Part shown: in pieces, positions 1 to 11,800 of the stretch
How positions within the stretch are numbered: position 1 is the first letter of the stretch
Layout of the letters: each line of letters begins with the position of its first letter
DNA from: Guillardia theta CCMP2712
Taxonomy: Eukaryota; Protista; Cryptophyta
NCBI RefSeq assembly: GCF_000315625.1
Contig: NW_005434595.1
Span: 106,442-170,441, forward strand
DNA length: 64,000 nt
Direction of reading: 5' to 3'
Program-made: the position numbers and the translations under genes
Notes under the pieces: generated by a model
What the model saw: the letters and a program-made list of their open reading frames with translations, nothing else
The model's database searches: none
What the model was told of the DNA's origin: nothing

Positions 1-132
1 TTCCCCCTTTCCCCCTCATGTTCCTATCCTCTTCCGAAGTTCCTACTTTGCCCCATGGTCATCTTCTTCTTCATGTTGCCGCCTCCTTTATTCACATCCC
101 CTCCTCCCCTCTATATTCTACACTGACCCCCG

Positions 133-528
133 TCATAGCACGAGGTCCTCCCCCGTCGCTGATACCACCCGTCGTCTCGTCCTCTCCGCCAGCAGCTCCA
201 TCGAGTGCCTCAGCGCCGCAAGCTGCTTGCTCCTCGGGGGACACCCGTACTTGGCCTCCCGCCACTCCTCCGAGCCCGTCACGAGCTCGCTGCTGTGCTG
301 GAGCTTGAGGCTGTCCCGGAGTCTCTTGGAGATGTCACGGAGGGAGGAGAGGTCGAGGTCGGGGGCAGAGTTTGGGAGGGCATCGAGCGTGCAGAGGTGT
401 AGGAAGGTCGGCTGATCATCGAGGTCCATGGTGCACAGGCGGAGAGCCGCCCAGAAAGGAATGCCGTTAACGGGAGAGCCTGTACCCGAGAAGTTGGATG
501 GCGAAATTTGATGATAGTCGTGCTTTCG

Positions 529-560
<32 letters not shown>

Positions 561-579
561 AGGATGCAGGGGTGAACAC
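133..579 (-). CDS. Hypothetical protein, 3' part; weak resemblance to the Rubisco-LSMT substrate-binding region of SET-domain methyltransferases
   Basis: ORF 133..579 with coding-like composition (IPFWAALRLCTMDLDD...); a (GCAC)n tract at 527-560 is probably intronic; upstream exons not identified. Confidence 0.35.
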
Positions 580-589
580 GGGGACAGGA

Positions 590-860
590 GGGTAGTTACT
601 ACCCCACGCTGTCTCCTTTCACGAAAAGAGTTCTTTTCCTTTGTAGCTCATGGCATCCGGACTGCAGTGAAGCCACTTCAAGGACTACCGGTACTTCCTA
701 AGGACTCAGAAGGGGGTACATTTCAACCTCTTTACGGGATATGCCTCTTATTTTTACTCTGGCTCCTTTACGTAAAACCTTTTACATAACACAAATCTTT
801 TTAAACAAAGACAGCTTTATATCTGGTACCACTTTTACAATCCTGTTGTAGGAAAAAATC
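590..860. promoter_or_regulatory. TACCCC/GGGGTA-rich tract upstream of a gene
   Basis: TACTACCCC at 597, GGGGGTAC at 712; same motif class as other upstream intergenic regions. Confidence 0.3.
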
Positions 861-879
861 ATTTTTGGGCTCGTGTGAC

Positions 880-1545
880 TCCGAGGCTTTGAGTGGCCCG
901 AGACTGCTGTAAACGGAGCCCTGCAACTACAATGAGTCCCTTACCGCAGCAGCTCTCGGTCCAGCCCGGCTGAGTCTGGCGTGACAGTGAGCCTCGGACC
1001 CGGCCGCGGCGGGAGGGCGGCGGGCCCGTGGGGGCCGGGCGGGCTCGGGCGGTCCGGGCCCGGTCGGAGCCTCAGCGGCCTGGCAGTGAGCGGCCGGGCG
1101 GCCCCCGGCGCCGCCGCCGCACTGCCCGCATGCCATGGCCCGGCGGGGCCCGGCCGCCGGGGCGCCATGCTCGGATCCTGGCGGCGCGGCGCGCGGCGCG
1201 GCCGCGGCGGCGCGGGGGACTCGTCGGAACGTTCAACGCCGGGTTACGGTGGTCACCAGTGGCGCCGCGCGGCGGCGGCGCCACGCCCACGTGAGCCGGC
1301 CCCGCCGCACGGTGCGACGGTGCCACGGTGCGGGCAGGCTTCCGAACTCGGAAGCCCGGCTCGGTCGTCGGAACGTGATCGGACCTGGCGGGCCGAGGCT
1401 GCAGTGCCGGCGGTCACCGTCACTGCTCGGACACTGCGGCGTGACTCCCAGGATCACCGGATGCCCGCCAACCGTGGCATTCCGAATTGAAAGTTCAGTC
1501 ACGTCGCGAGTTACTCAATCTACAGTCAGATGACTCTCGGATCGA
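880..1545. other. GC-rich intergenic island (CCGG/GGCC/GTGAC/GACTC/GATCGG-rich), copy A
   Basis: Very high GC and CpG; only low-complexity Arg/Gly/Ala/Pro ORFs; GTGATCGGACC at about 1375 is also in copy C; lies 3' of the stop at 1668. Confidence 0.65.
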
Positions 1546-1667
1546 GGACTGAAAAGGTCTCAGTGGGTTGTCATAGTTAGTCGGTAGCATTATGGTAGCG
1601 TCACTCACGGCGTAGTACTGCCATACAATGAGCAGCTTTCATATGTTTTTCATTTCACAATCTTTCA

Positions 1668-2463
1668 TCACATGTATATGTAGTCTTCCTCTGGATCGCA
1701 CTCTGGAGGACAAAATTCAATGTTCTGATCATTGTCTTTCTCTCTGGCTGCAGCAGCCTGCTGTACACTTTTCGATGCGGGTATCATAGCTTCCTGCTGC
1801 TGAGTTGCTGGTGGTTTCACCTTGTTCTGCTGAGTTGCTGGTGGTTTCACCTTGTTCTGCTGGGTTGCTGGTGGTGTTTGTATTGGAGTCTTGGTCGGTT
1901 GAGCGACAGGTTTCCACACGACATCGCAATGGACGGGCGTTTCATCCCCTGTATCCATTTGAGATTCAGCCGCCCCGTAAATCTTGGCGGTCTGGTTGCT
2001 CCCGCTGCTAGTGCCAGAGAAGTCAGGATGTCTGCCATGTTGCTGGTTGGACTTTTCGTATAGTGTCCTCTGCTTTGCAGCTACGAGGACTTGATACGCA
2101 TCTCTGCTTCTCAAGCTGTAATCCCGTTTGTTGAGAGGATCGCCGAACACGCCCAGGTCTTGCACCTTGCATCATGGAGAAAGTGTCATTTTCAAACCAA
2201 GAAACTGATGGGTCCATGATACAAAGTTGCAGGCAGGCCACGTCAAACAGCCACATTTCCATCATAAAGGAACCGAAAACAATGCACTCCACACACATCA
2301 CTTCCTCTGCCCGATACAATCCCCCACATCCATCATACGCACATCCTCCACCACGATCTCTCCCCTGCCATGCTGCTGCTCCCCGTTCTACCTTTGGCGC
2401 CATTCTGCGCGGCGTCTCGACTTCATGGGAGCAAGCGTGCGCGCAGCTCTCTATGGCGCCCAT
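1668..2463 (-). CDS. Hypothetical protein with KVKPPATQQN repeats (multi-exon)
   Basis: ORFs 2023..2475 and 1668..2165; ATG at 2463 (MGAIESC..., possible N-myristoylation); exon joins not fully resolved. Confidence 0.45.
1793..1880 (-). repeat. 30-bp coding tandem repeat, about 2.7 copies
   Basis: CTGCTGAGTTGCTGGTGGTTTCACCTTGTT repeated; encodes PPATQQNKVK. Confidence 0.85.
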
Positions 2464-2675
2464 GGGAGATGTCAAAGTTGACTAAACATTTGAATGGAGA
2501 AGAGAGGGGATGAGGCCCCAGAAATTCAGTAGTGTTGATTTGACGTGAAAAGGCGCCGGGAGTATGGCAGGAGGAGGGGGAGGAGGAGGGGGAAGACATG
2601 AGGAGAGGAGGAGAGGGGAGAGGAGGAGGAGGAGAGGAGAGGAGGAAGACAGATAGATCCTAGGTGGAAGTGATC

Positions 2676-5622
2676 ATGAAGCAGACAAGAGTTCTAGCGA
2701 TCGCCTTGACATTCCTCGTGTTTTGCCTCCACACGCTGCATTCGCTTCCATACCCCTACGAGTCAAATGACGGTCTCAGAATCCACACTGTAGAAGGGCG
2801 CTTCATAGCAGTCGAGAACGAGCAGGCGTTGAACAACTCGTTGAGAGCTCCTCAAGCATCTTCTACCTCAGAAGCTGATCTCTCCGAATTCCTCAAGTTC
2901 GTCCTGAGCGAGTTGAACCCCTGCATTGAAGGGAAGCATGCATGCGACCCTCATGCTTCATGTATCCCGTTGGTGAAGGACGCGGCTCAAAGAGCGCTGG
3001 AGTACATCTGCACCTGCAAGGCTGGATGGAGTGGAAACGGGTTCTACTGTGAAAACATCAACGAATGCCAAGTTCATGGTTCAGATGTAAATCCGCTGTG
3101 TGAGAGTGGCATGTACTGCAAGGATACCATGGGATCCTTCGAATGTCTGAACAATCATGGATTCGATGGAATGGATAAGGGAACCATCCCTGTGGACGTT
3201 GACGAGTGCATGCAAGGCTCCCACAACTGTCATGAACATGCGCAATGTCACAACGTGCCAGGAAGCTTCACATGCACGTGCTCTTTGGGCTACAATGGAA
3301 ACGGGACCACCTGCTGGAACATGTGCCATGAAGCAGCTCCGGCTCAGCGCATAAACTGCTTTCAGGACGACACGCCCAGTGAGGAGACGTGCGTACATAG
3401 AGGCTGCTGTTGGAACCCGTCAGCGGATATGCCCAACACTCCCTGCTACTACCCACTTCCTGCGAACTTCTACCGATTGGTGTCATGGACAGAGACGAGC
3501 TCTGGCGTACTTGCGGTGCTCGATTGTGATGGCGAGATGCGATACGGAGATGGCCGAGGAGGAGGGGGCACCAGGCCGTTCCATATCGGACCGTTCGGGT
3601 CAGAGATTTGCCCCCTCCACCTCTACGTATCCTTTGAGTCAGAAGATCATCTGCAGATCAGAATCTTTGATGCCTCGAAGCCTCAATCTATGATCCCTCC
3701 TTACTTCTTCCCCGACCGGAGGACGAAGGAGCACAAGGCTGAGGACAGGAAGTACTCAGTGAAGTACATTGGTTACCCGTTCGGACTGATCGTCCAACGT
3801 GAACCGGACGGACTTGTGCTATTCAACTCGACGCCAGTCCCGGGCCGGATGAACGGGTTGAGCTTCGAGCCTCAGTTCATCTCTCTGTCAACGCAGCTGG
3901 AGGAAGGAACCATCTTCGATGGGCTGGGGCCAGCCTCCTCCACTCCCTATGAGTCAAAGGAGAGTCTGAAGACTTACCTGGTCTGGCCAAGCACTTCGAA
4001 CCAGAGCACATCCAGTCCTTTCCTCTTGTCATTGTCGAAAGAGCAGGAGGCGAAGTTCGGGCTGCTGATGTCCAACCCACATGCCATGGAGGTGCTGTTT
4101 GCGCGAGACTCTCTCACGTTCCGCATGATCGGCGGGGAGATCGACTTGAGGATCTTCGTTGGAGGAGGGAGCAAGACTATCGTCAAACGTCTTACAGACG
4201 TGGTGGGGAAGCTGGAGGATCTTCCGCCTTTGTGGTCGTTGGGGATGCTAGTCAAGCTGAACAGCACCACAAGCTCGGACAACGTTGGACAAGAGGCGGA
4301 AAATCTTATGGAAATGCTCGACAACCAAGATATCCCTTACGATGGGATTGTGGTGGATGTACGAGATTTCTCGGACTACAGGTAGGAAAGATGGAAGCAT
4401 GGTAAGATGAGTCGTTGTGACGCTTCAGTGGGACAGTGAGAACGAGTTGTACTCGAAGAATCTAGGTAGATCGGACAAGAACTTTGCAAGGAAGGTGATG
4501 TACAAACCCTCCCCACGATCTCTTGCAACTCCATCTGCAGCTCAATCAATGAAGGGATGCTGACTGTGAACTATGAACTAAGGTATCGGATATGAGCGTA
4601 CATGTACGAGGCCGAGGGAAGAAGCTGATAACTGCAGTCTATCCCTCATCGCTCACCCTCGAAGGTGAAAAGCTTGCGATTGACTCTTCAGACATGTGAA
4701 GATTTTCTTGCTTGTAGATGCAATCATACGGGACAAGTTCAACAAGCCCGTCAGAGGCAAGATGAAAGGAGAAGACGTTTTCTACTTGGACTTCTTCAAT
4801 CCGAACATCACGCGAACGTGGGGTGACAGGCTTGAAAGACTTTCCAAGATCATCGAGTTTGATGGGGTGAGGCTGGAAAAGAGAAAGCAAGAGCTATCCT
4901 AATCAGAGTTTCTGCCGACAGATCATGCTCGAGTCCTTCCAGCCAGAAAATGAATGCAATGGGATATGTTTGGTAAAGCTGATCTTTCTCCCTGCTCTCC
5001 CTTTCTTCGCTTTCTTCTCCCATTCCCGCCCCCTCCTCTCTCCTTCCCTTATACCTCTTCCTCTTGCTCCTCCATCTCATTTCATCCCTTTCAGGAAACT
5101 TGCGATAGATTGAACAAGTTCGACTCGACGGAGAAAGCCACATGCTCTCGCAGCTTTCAGACAGAAAGGAGAAGGTGATGGCAATAATTGGTCTTTTCTT
5201 TTCCTCCCCTCCCCTTCCCCCCCCCCCCCCCCCCCTTTTTTCCCCCCCCCCCCCCCCCCTCCCTCCTTCCTCAACTGAGGTCCACCCTTCTCTCTTCTCC
5301 CCTCAAATCTCCTTCCCTGATGCTCCCCTCTTCTCTCCTTCTCCTTCCTCTCCCCTTTCATGCCTTCTCCTCTTCTCCCCTCCCTTCCTTTTCCCTCCTC
5401 TCTCCTCTCTCCTCGTCTTTCTAGATATTCTGATCTTGGAGTTTGAGCAGGAGGAGTCACGTTTATGCCCCCTGGAAGCTCAGGAAGGAGGGAGGACATC
5501 GCTTCGACCCTGCCAACCCCCCGTACAGACCAGGAGGACGTGAACTTGAAAGGCAGACAATCCCAATGGACGGTCAGCAGTGCGTCGTGACAAGAGTGGA
5601 GGAGAGAGAGCAGGAGCGAGTG

Positions 5623-5687
<65 letters not shown>

Positions 5688-6807
5688 GAGGAAGTGGCTC
5701 ATCTGTGAGAACAGAGATCACTACAGTCTCCACAATCTCTACGAGATGTCAGCAGCGTTCGTGTCATATCAAGTTCTGTCGGATCTCCTTCCTTCCCGCC
5801 CCCTCATACTTTCACGATCGGACGCCCCTGGCATCGGCCAGTGGGCTACAGTGATGGATGACATGAAGTCTCAAGATTTCTCGTCTACTCTCTCTCGCCT
5901 GGTCAGCTCAGCGATCAGGTGAAACCTTCTCCTCCCCTCCCCTCCCCTCCTCTCCCCTCCCCTCCCCTCTCCTCTCCTCTCCTCTCCTCTCCTCTCCTGT
6001 CCTCTCCTGTCCTGTGCTGTCCTCTCCTCTCCTCTCCTCTCCTCTCCCCTTATCACTTCTTCTGTCCTCTCCTCTCCTGTCCTCTCCTCTCCTGTCCTCT
6101 CCAGTCCTCTCCTCTCCTCTCCTTTCCACCTCAACCTCATCCTCTTGCCTTATTAGTTTTCTCTCTTCGTTCTCTTAACGTTAAGCTCAGCTCGGGAATA
6201 GGAGGAGTCTCCCTGTTTGGAGGCGACGTCTGCGATCACAGCAGCAGAGGAGAGCGATGGGCTGAGTTTTGCCTCCGAAACCTTGAGATTTCCTCGCTCT
6301 TGCCGATCTTCTCAACAAGAGCAGAGACCCTTCATGCAATCCTGCATCCTTCTTCCAAGTTTGCAAGTGTGATGAAATTTCTGTTGAGAAGAAGGTACAG
6401 GTACGAGCATGATCGTGTCGAAGCGCGTGTTTGAGCTGACATGGGTCAAGTTTGACGAGCTACATCTACACCTGCGTGTACTTCTCGCACACTACGGGCG
6501 TTCCAGTGATTCGGCCGTTGCACATGGAGTTTTCAATGGCAGGAGACGAATCGAAGAAAGAAGAAGTAGCAGTGAGATGAGTTTGAAATCAGGATTTCAC
6601 ATCTTATCATATGTCGTCACAGAACAACATCATGTTCGTGCTCGGTTCATCTATCCTGGTCGTTGCAAACTTGAACATGGAAGGTAGCAGCATATCAGTG
6701 CAACTTCCTTCTCAGAGGTGAGAGGTTTGCCTGTAGCTCAAAGGAGATGATTTCTGAAACTTGTAAGGTGGTACAACCTCAACAGCGGATTGGAAGAGAA
6801 GCGAAGT

Positions 6808-6838
<31 letters not shown>

Positions 6839-8213
6839 AAGGGGCAGGAAAGATCGTGCTATCTGCTAAACTTGGGATTTTACCGGTGGCGATTGTGATA
6901 AGACAAAGACAGCTTTGTTGACAAACTTGTATTGTTGTTTGCTTCTGCAGATGCTCTTGAAGGGAGGCTCAGTACTGTCTCTGCAGTTTCCCGCTACAAA
7001 CATGAATGGTTTGTTTATCTTCATCTACAAACCCCGGTGATCTCGTTCGCAGACAAGAGTGAATCACCTTTCGTGTTTGTGTGCGCTCCGGACGAGGTGA
7101 GGAAAGAGAATATGAATGTTGAGAACAAGAATAATCCCTTGCGCTGTTTTGACTTGTCGAAAGTTGCCTTTGTCGCTCAATTTTGTCAAAATTATGATTC
7201 TTTTGCTCTTGATTTCTTGATTGTACCTGCAAGTCATTGTTCTTGCGCTCATCAAGAATTTCTCTTCTTTTCATGGAAATATTTTTTGTTGTGCGCATGC
7301 GTGATTGTGGGCAGGCAGGGAAGGGGGCTGGAGACCTTTACCTGGACGATGGGAAGTCACAGAAGAATGTTTTGAACGGTAAAGAGAGGAGAGGAGAGGA
7401 GAGGAGAAGAGAGGGGAGGAGAGGAGAAGAGAGGGGAGGAGAGAATGAGGAGAAGACAGGAAGAATACGAAAACGAGGAAAGAGAAGTGAATACAAAAAC
7501 AAGACAATCAGGATAAGAAATTGAGGAACAAGAAACCAGCACGAGGATACAACATGACTTCTTCTGATGTTTTCTCTCTGACAGGAAGGTTCAACTTGTT
7601 GCGATCAAACTGTTTTGTCGACGGGAAGAATCAGTTGGGAAACTTTACATTGCAATCTCTTAAGAGAGACAGTGCCTCTCAACCAGGTCCAATGAGATCA
7701 GAGATTCGTAAGGTTGATGATTGGCGATATTTGTTGTTCATGCCGTGATTTTGTTCTGTATCCTTCTTCACACAGATTGTCATCTTCGGCGCTTCTTTCC
7801 ACCATCCAGCGCAACTAGTTGTGAGAGTGAACGGGGTGAGAAAGAGCGATGTCTGTACATCTCGATTGTGATAAGTTGCTGCGCAGCATACGATGTCGAA
7901 CAAGAGAATCTACTACGAGGAGACAAGAAGCATCTTACACATAGACTTGTTTCGTGCGTCCAGTCAAGCAGGGGAGAGAGAGACCGAGGAGAGGAAAGAA
8001 GATTTGTATGTCAAGAAGCCAGAGGAGAGGGGGAGGGAGGGGAAAGAGGAGGAGAGGGGAAGGCAGGGAGACAGAAGGGTTGATACGATTGCTCCTTGGG
8101 ATTGGATGGAGCCAAGGGAGGAGAAGGGAAAGGCCGGGATGCAAGGAGAGGAGGGAGAAGGCAAGCTCGACGTTCTGAATGATCTCCATGTAGATTGGAG
8201 GATAGAGATGTGA
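2676..8213 (+). CDS. Secreted GH31 alpha-glucosidase-like protein with 3 EGF/EGF-Ca domains and a trefoil (P-type) domain; catalytic motifs degenerate
   Basis: Signal peptide; EGF Cys patterns (CENINEC, DVDEC...CHNVPGSFTCTC); trefoil CVHRGCCW...PCYY; GH31 landmarks PPLWSLG, YLDFFNP, HYSLHNLY, RPLILSRS, GGDVC, RYSLTSYIYT...GVPVIRPLHMEF, GDLYLDDGKS, C-terminal DWRIEM. Confidence 0.85.
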
Positions 8214-8400
8214 GAAGGATCGATATGATGTGAAAGATGTAAAGATAACAAGGTGTTGTGACTTTTCTCAATGAATTTGTCATGAATATGCTAGTTTACA
8301 TGTCCTCCTTCCCTCCTTTCTCCTCTCCACCCTGAAGTTTCTCTCCCTCCCCTCTTTTTCTGCTTCTTCCCTCCTCCCCCTCTCCTCCCTCGCTGCTGCT

Positions 8401-8540
8401 TCAGCCCTTGTGGGAGGTCAGTGGACGACGAGCGGGGGATGTGAATTGAGGGCGCGAAATGACGCGAGCGGTGAAGGGGCGAGGAGACTGAAAGCTTGAA
8501 AGACTGCGCCAGAGTGAGAAACGGTCATGATGATGATGAC

Positions 8541-8578
<38 letters not shown>

Positions 8579-8609
8579 CGATGATGATGATGACGATGAT
8601 GATGATGAC

Positions 8610-8691
<82 letters not shown>

Positions 8692-8812
8692 AGAGAGNNN
8701 NNNNNNNNNNNNNNNNNNNNNNNNNNNNNNNNNNNNNNNNNNNNNNNNNNNNNNNNNNNNNNNNNNNNNNNNNNNNNNNNNNNNNNNNNNNNNNNNNGAG
8801 AGAGAGAGGAGG

Positions 8813-8848
<36 letters not shown>

Positions 8849-11800
8849 GAGGAGGAGGAAGAGAAGGAGCAGGAGGAGCAGGAGGAAAGGGTTCAAACTC
8901 ACGAGGCTGAGGATGGGCAGAAGGTGCTCCTTAGCTTGGAGAGGTTGAGCTGAGCGAGACTGAAGGAAGCGTCGGGAGAGGAGGAGAACGCTTCTGCTCC
9001 TTCTCGTTCTTCTGCTGAGTCTGAGAATCTAGAGGGAGCATGCTCAGCTGATCCCAAACATGAAGAGGGATAGAAGAAGAAAATGGGAGGGGGAGGAGGA
9101 GGAGAAAGAAGAGCGACGAGAAGAATAATGAAGAGGAATCAGCAGGAGGGGCGAGCAGAAGAAAGAGCAGGAGCGGGAAGACAGGGCAGGGAGGGGAAGC
9201 AAGGAGCAGGGAGCAGGGAGCAGGGAGCAGGGAGCAGGGAGCAGGGAGCAGGGAGCAGGGAGCAGGGAGCAGGGAGCAGGGAGCAGGGAGCAGGGAGCAG
9301 GGAGCAGGGAGCAGGGAGCAGGAGCGAGAGGAGGGAGAGGGCTGAAGAAGCAGCGTGTATGCCTGAGGTCGGGGGTGAGGATGGAATCAAGATTGAGAGC
9401 GCGGGGGATGCTCGTCCTGCTCATCCTCGACCACTTGGGAGTGACTGAAGCAGAAATAGGACGAGACTGAGAAGAATGTCAGAGGAGGAGGAGGAGCGAG
9501 CAGGAGGAGCAGGAGGAAGGAAAGAAATGAGGAGGAGGGGGGTGGGAGGAAGCGAAGAATGGGGAGAGGGGAGGGGAAGAAGAAAGAGGGAGGCGGAGAG
9601 GGAGGGGAGAAGAGGAGGAGGGAGTACACGACAGACGAGGGCGGGAAAGAGGGAGAGAGGTGCGGAGGGACGAGGGAGACAAGAGAGGAGAGGAGAGGAG
9701 AGGAGGAGGAGGAGGAGGAGAAGGAGGACAGGGTCACCTTGGAGGATGGAGCTGGAGTATGAGCAGAGGAACTTGCTCCGACGGGGAGGAGAAGTTTCTC
9801 AGAGGACAGAGGTGCACGGATAGGACCACTTGAAGATGCTCTAGGACGAGGAGGGGGAGAGGAGAAGTCGAGGGGAGGAGAGTGAGGAGGAGGAGGAGGG
9901 CACAACCAGCCTTCGTTCAAGCTCGGAACCACCTTGATGACTTCATCGAAGAGGAAGGGGATTTCTTCCTGCTCGTGCTCCCTCCTGGCCTTGATGCTTC
10001 CTGACGCGCTCGCGTCTACAACGTTGCCGGTGGATGAGAAGATGCGATCGATGTCAGAGATGATGTCTTGTTTCATGAGATGCTGTTTGAGATCTTCTCT
10101 GTTCATCTCAACACTCCCCGGTGATGTTTCTTTGTTGTCGTCCTTTGTGGTTTCATTTTTGTCCTCCATCATAACAAACTCGTTGAGAGTTTTCTCCACG
10201 TGGAGCTTGTGCGATGAGAGAGAGAAGCTAGAGGGCTGTTCTTTCCTCCATATCCTGTCAAGATCTTCCTTCTCATCGATGAAAATGTTTGCTCTTTGAG
10301 TTTGTGTCGACGTCGACGTCATAGTTCTTCGAATTTCTTCCCTCAACATGCACTTCTCGCAAACATGATGGTGATGGTGGTGATGTTGATGATGATTGAT
10401 GTTGTTGTTGTTGACTTGATATTCCTCCGAGTCTGTCTCATCGGAATCGGAGCTCAACGTGTCAACTTCGTTCACTTGTACATCCTTGTCAGCAGTGGAA
10501 GGAGTAACAAAGAGGTTTGGGTCGTCAACAAACAGTGACGCGCCTTGTATGAAACCTGTTATGTGTTGTTCGTTGAGAGAATTCTTGGAGCTATCCATTT
10601 CTTTTATCTTTTTCTTGATGTCTTCAACAGCAATCTTCCTGTTGTTCTTGTTCTTTTCCATAACTTCCATTGCAAACTTTGCGCCTTCACGGAAAGCAAG
10701 TTTGAACATGACCAACTTTCTTTCTGCTGCCTCCTGTGACTTCTTCTCGCCATGGACCAGCCCTTGACGGAAGAAATCATACCTGATCGCGTTCGCCTGC
10801 TCAGTTGAGAGCGCAAGGGCAGCATTCATCTTCTTGATTTCTTGCTCGAACGTCATCATGTCTTGCAGAGTGTTCTTGTAGTTCTCTCTTCTCGTAACCA
10901 TTCTCGATGATGATTGCAACTTTGCAGCAGCTGCACTCTTCTGCTCGTGCTGACGTCGCAAAGTTTCATAGGCGTGTCTGAACAACGTTCTGTTCCGCTT
11001 GTCCACTTTCATCAAGTTTGCACAACCTTGTAAGAAGCTTGCGAGAGAGACATTTCCATCTTGATTGCATATCTCGATCATCAGCAACTCAACTAGCTGA
11101 AATTGCATCCCGGCAGTGAGCAGATCGTCTTTTACCAATGATTGCGATAGAGAATGCTTCCCTCCAATGTTGATCATCCTGAACATTGCACTCAACATCT
11201 CTTCATGTTCTTCCATCTTGAAGTCGTCTTCAACCTTCAACCTCACTGTTGTGATATTGTGTTTCATCTTTTCGATCAGCATCCGTAAATCTGTTTCCTC
11301 CCTGATATCTTCAAACCTTACACGATTGTCGTAAGTCAACGCGTTCTTCCCTATCCTTGTGAACTTCCAAGAGCTGTTCGGAGAAGATAACATGCATATG
11401 ACTTGTAGAACAACATTCAAAATGTCAATCGCTCTAAGATAATCGTCATGAAAGTTTTCTCACCGATGGGTTTACAAACTATCTTGGTTGCGATCTCAAA
11501 CTCCATTGAGCACACTGAGGAAGAACAGTATTCGTCGCTCATGAAAATCAGAATCACTTGGCTGTGCGACATGGCCTGTAGAGCATGATCAACAAGGAGA
11601 GGAAAATCACACAACAGCGAGAAACATGATGACGAAAGATCAAGAATGAAAAGTTCAAGTTCTGCAACAGCATTCAACATGGGACAACCTGCAAGATATT
11701 GTGAAACTTGTCAACATGGACATTCTTGTTCTGTGCATGCGAGGCAAGACAGCACTTCTTCGTCTCAAACTCGCTGATCCACGGACTCTCTTCCAGTATC

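Noticed and set aside
927-1533. Overlapping Arg/Gly/Ala/Pro-rich ORFs in all frames
   Set aside because: A by-product of extreme GC content, with no domain or splice support; the same applies at 40001-40412 and 53919-54250.
8525-8953. Poly-Met, poly-Ser and poly-Asp ORFs
   Set aside because: Translations of the (GAT)n microsatellite and the N-gap.
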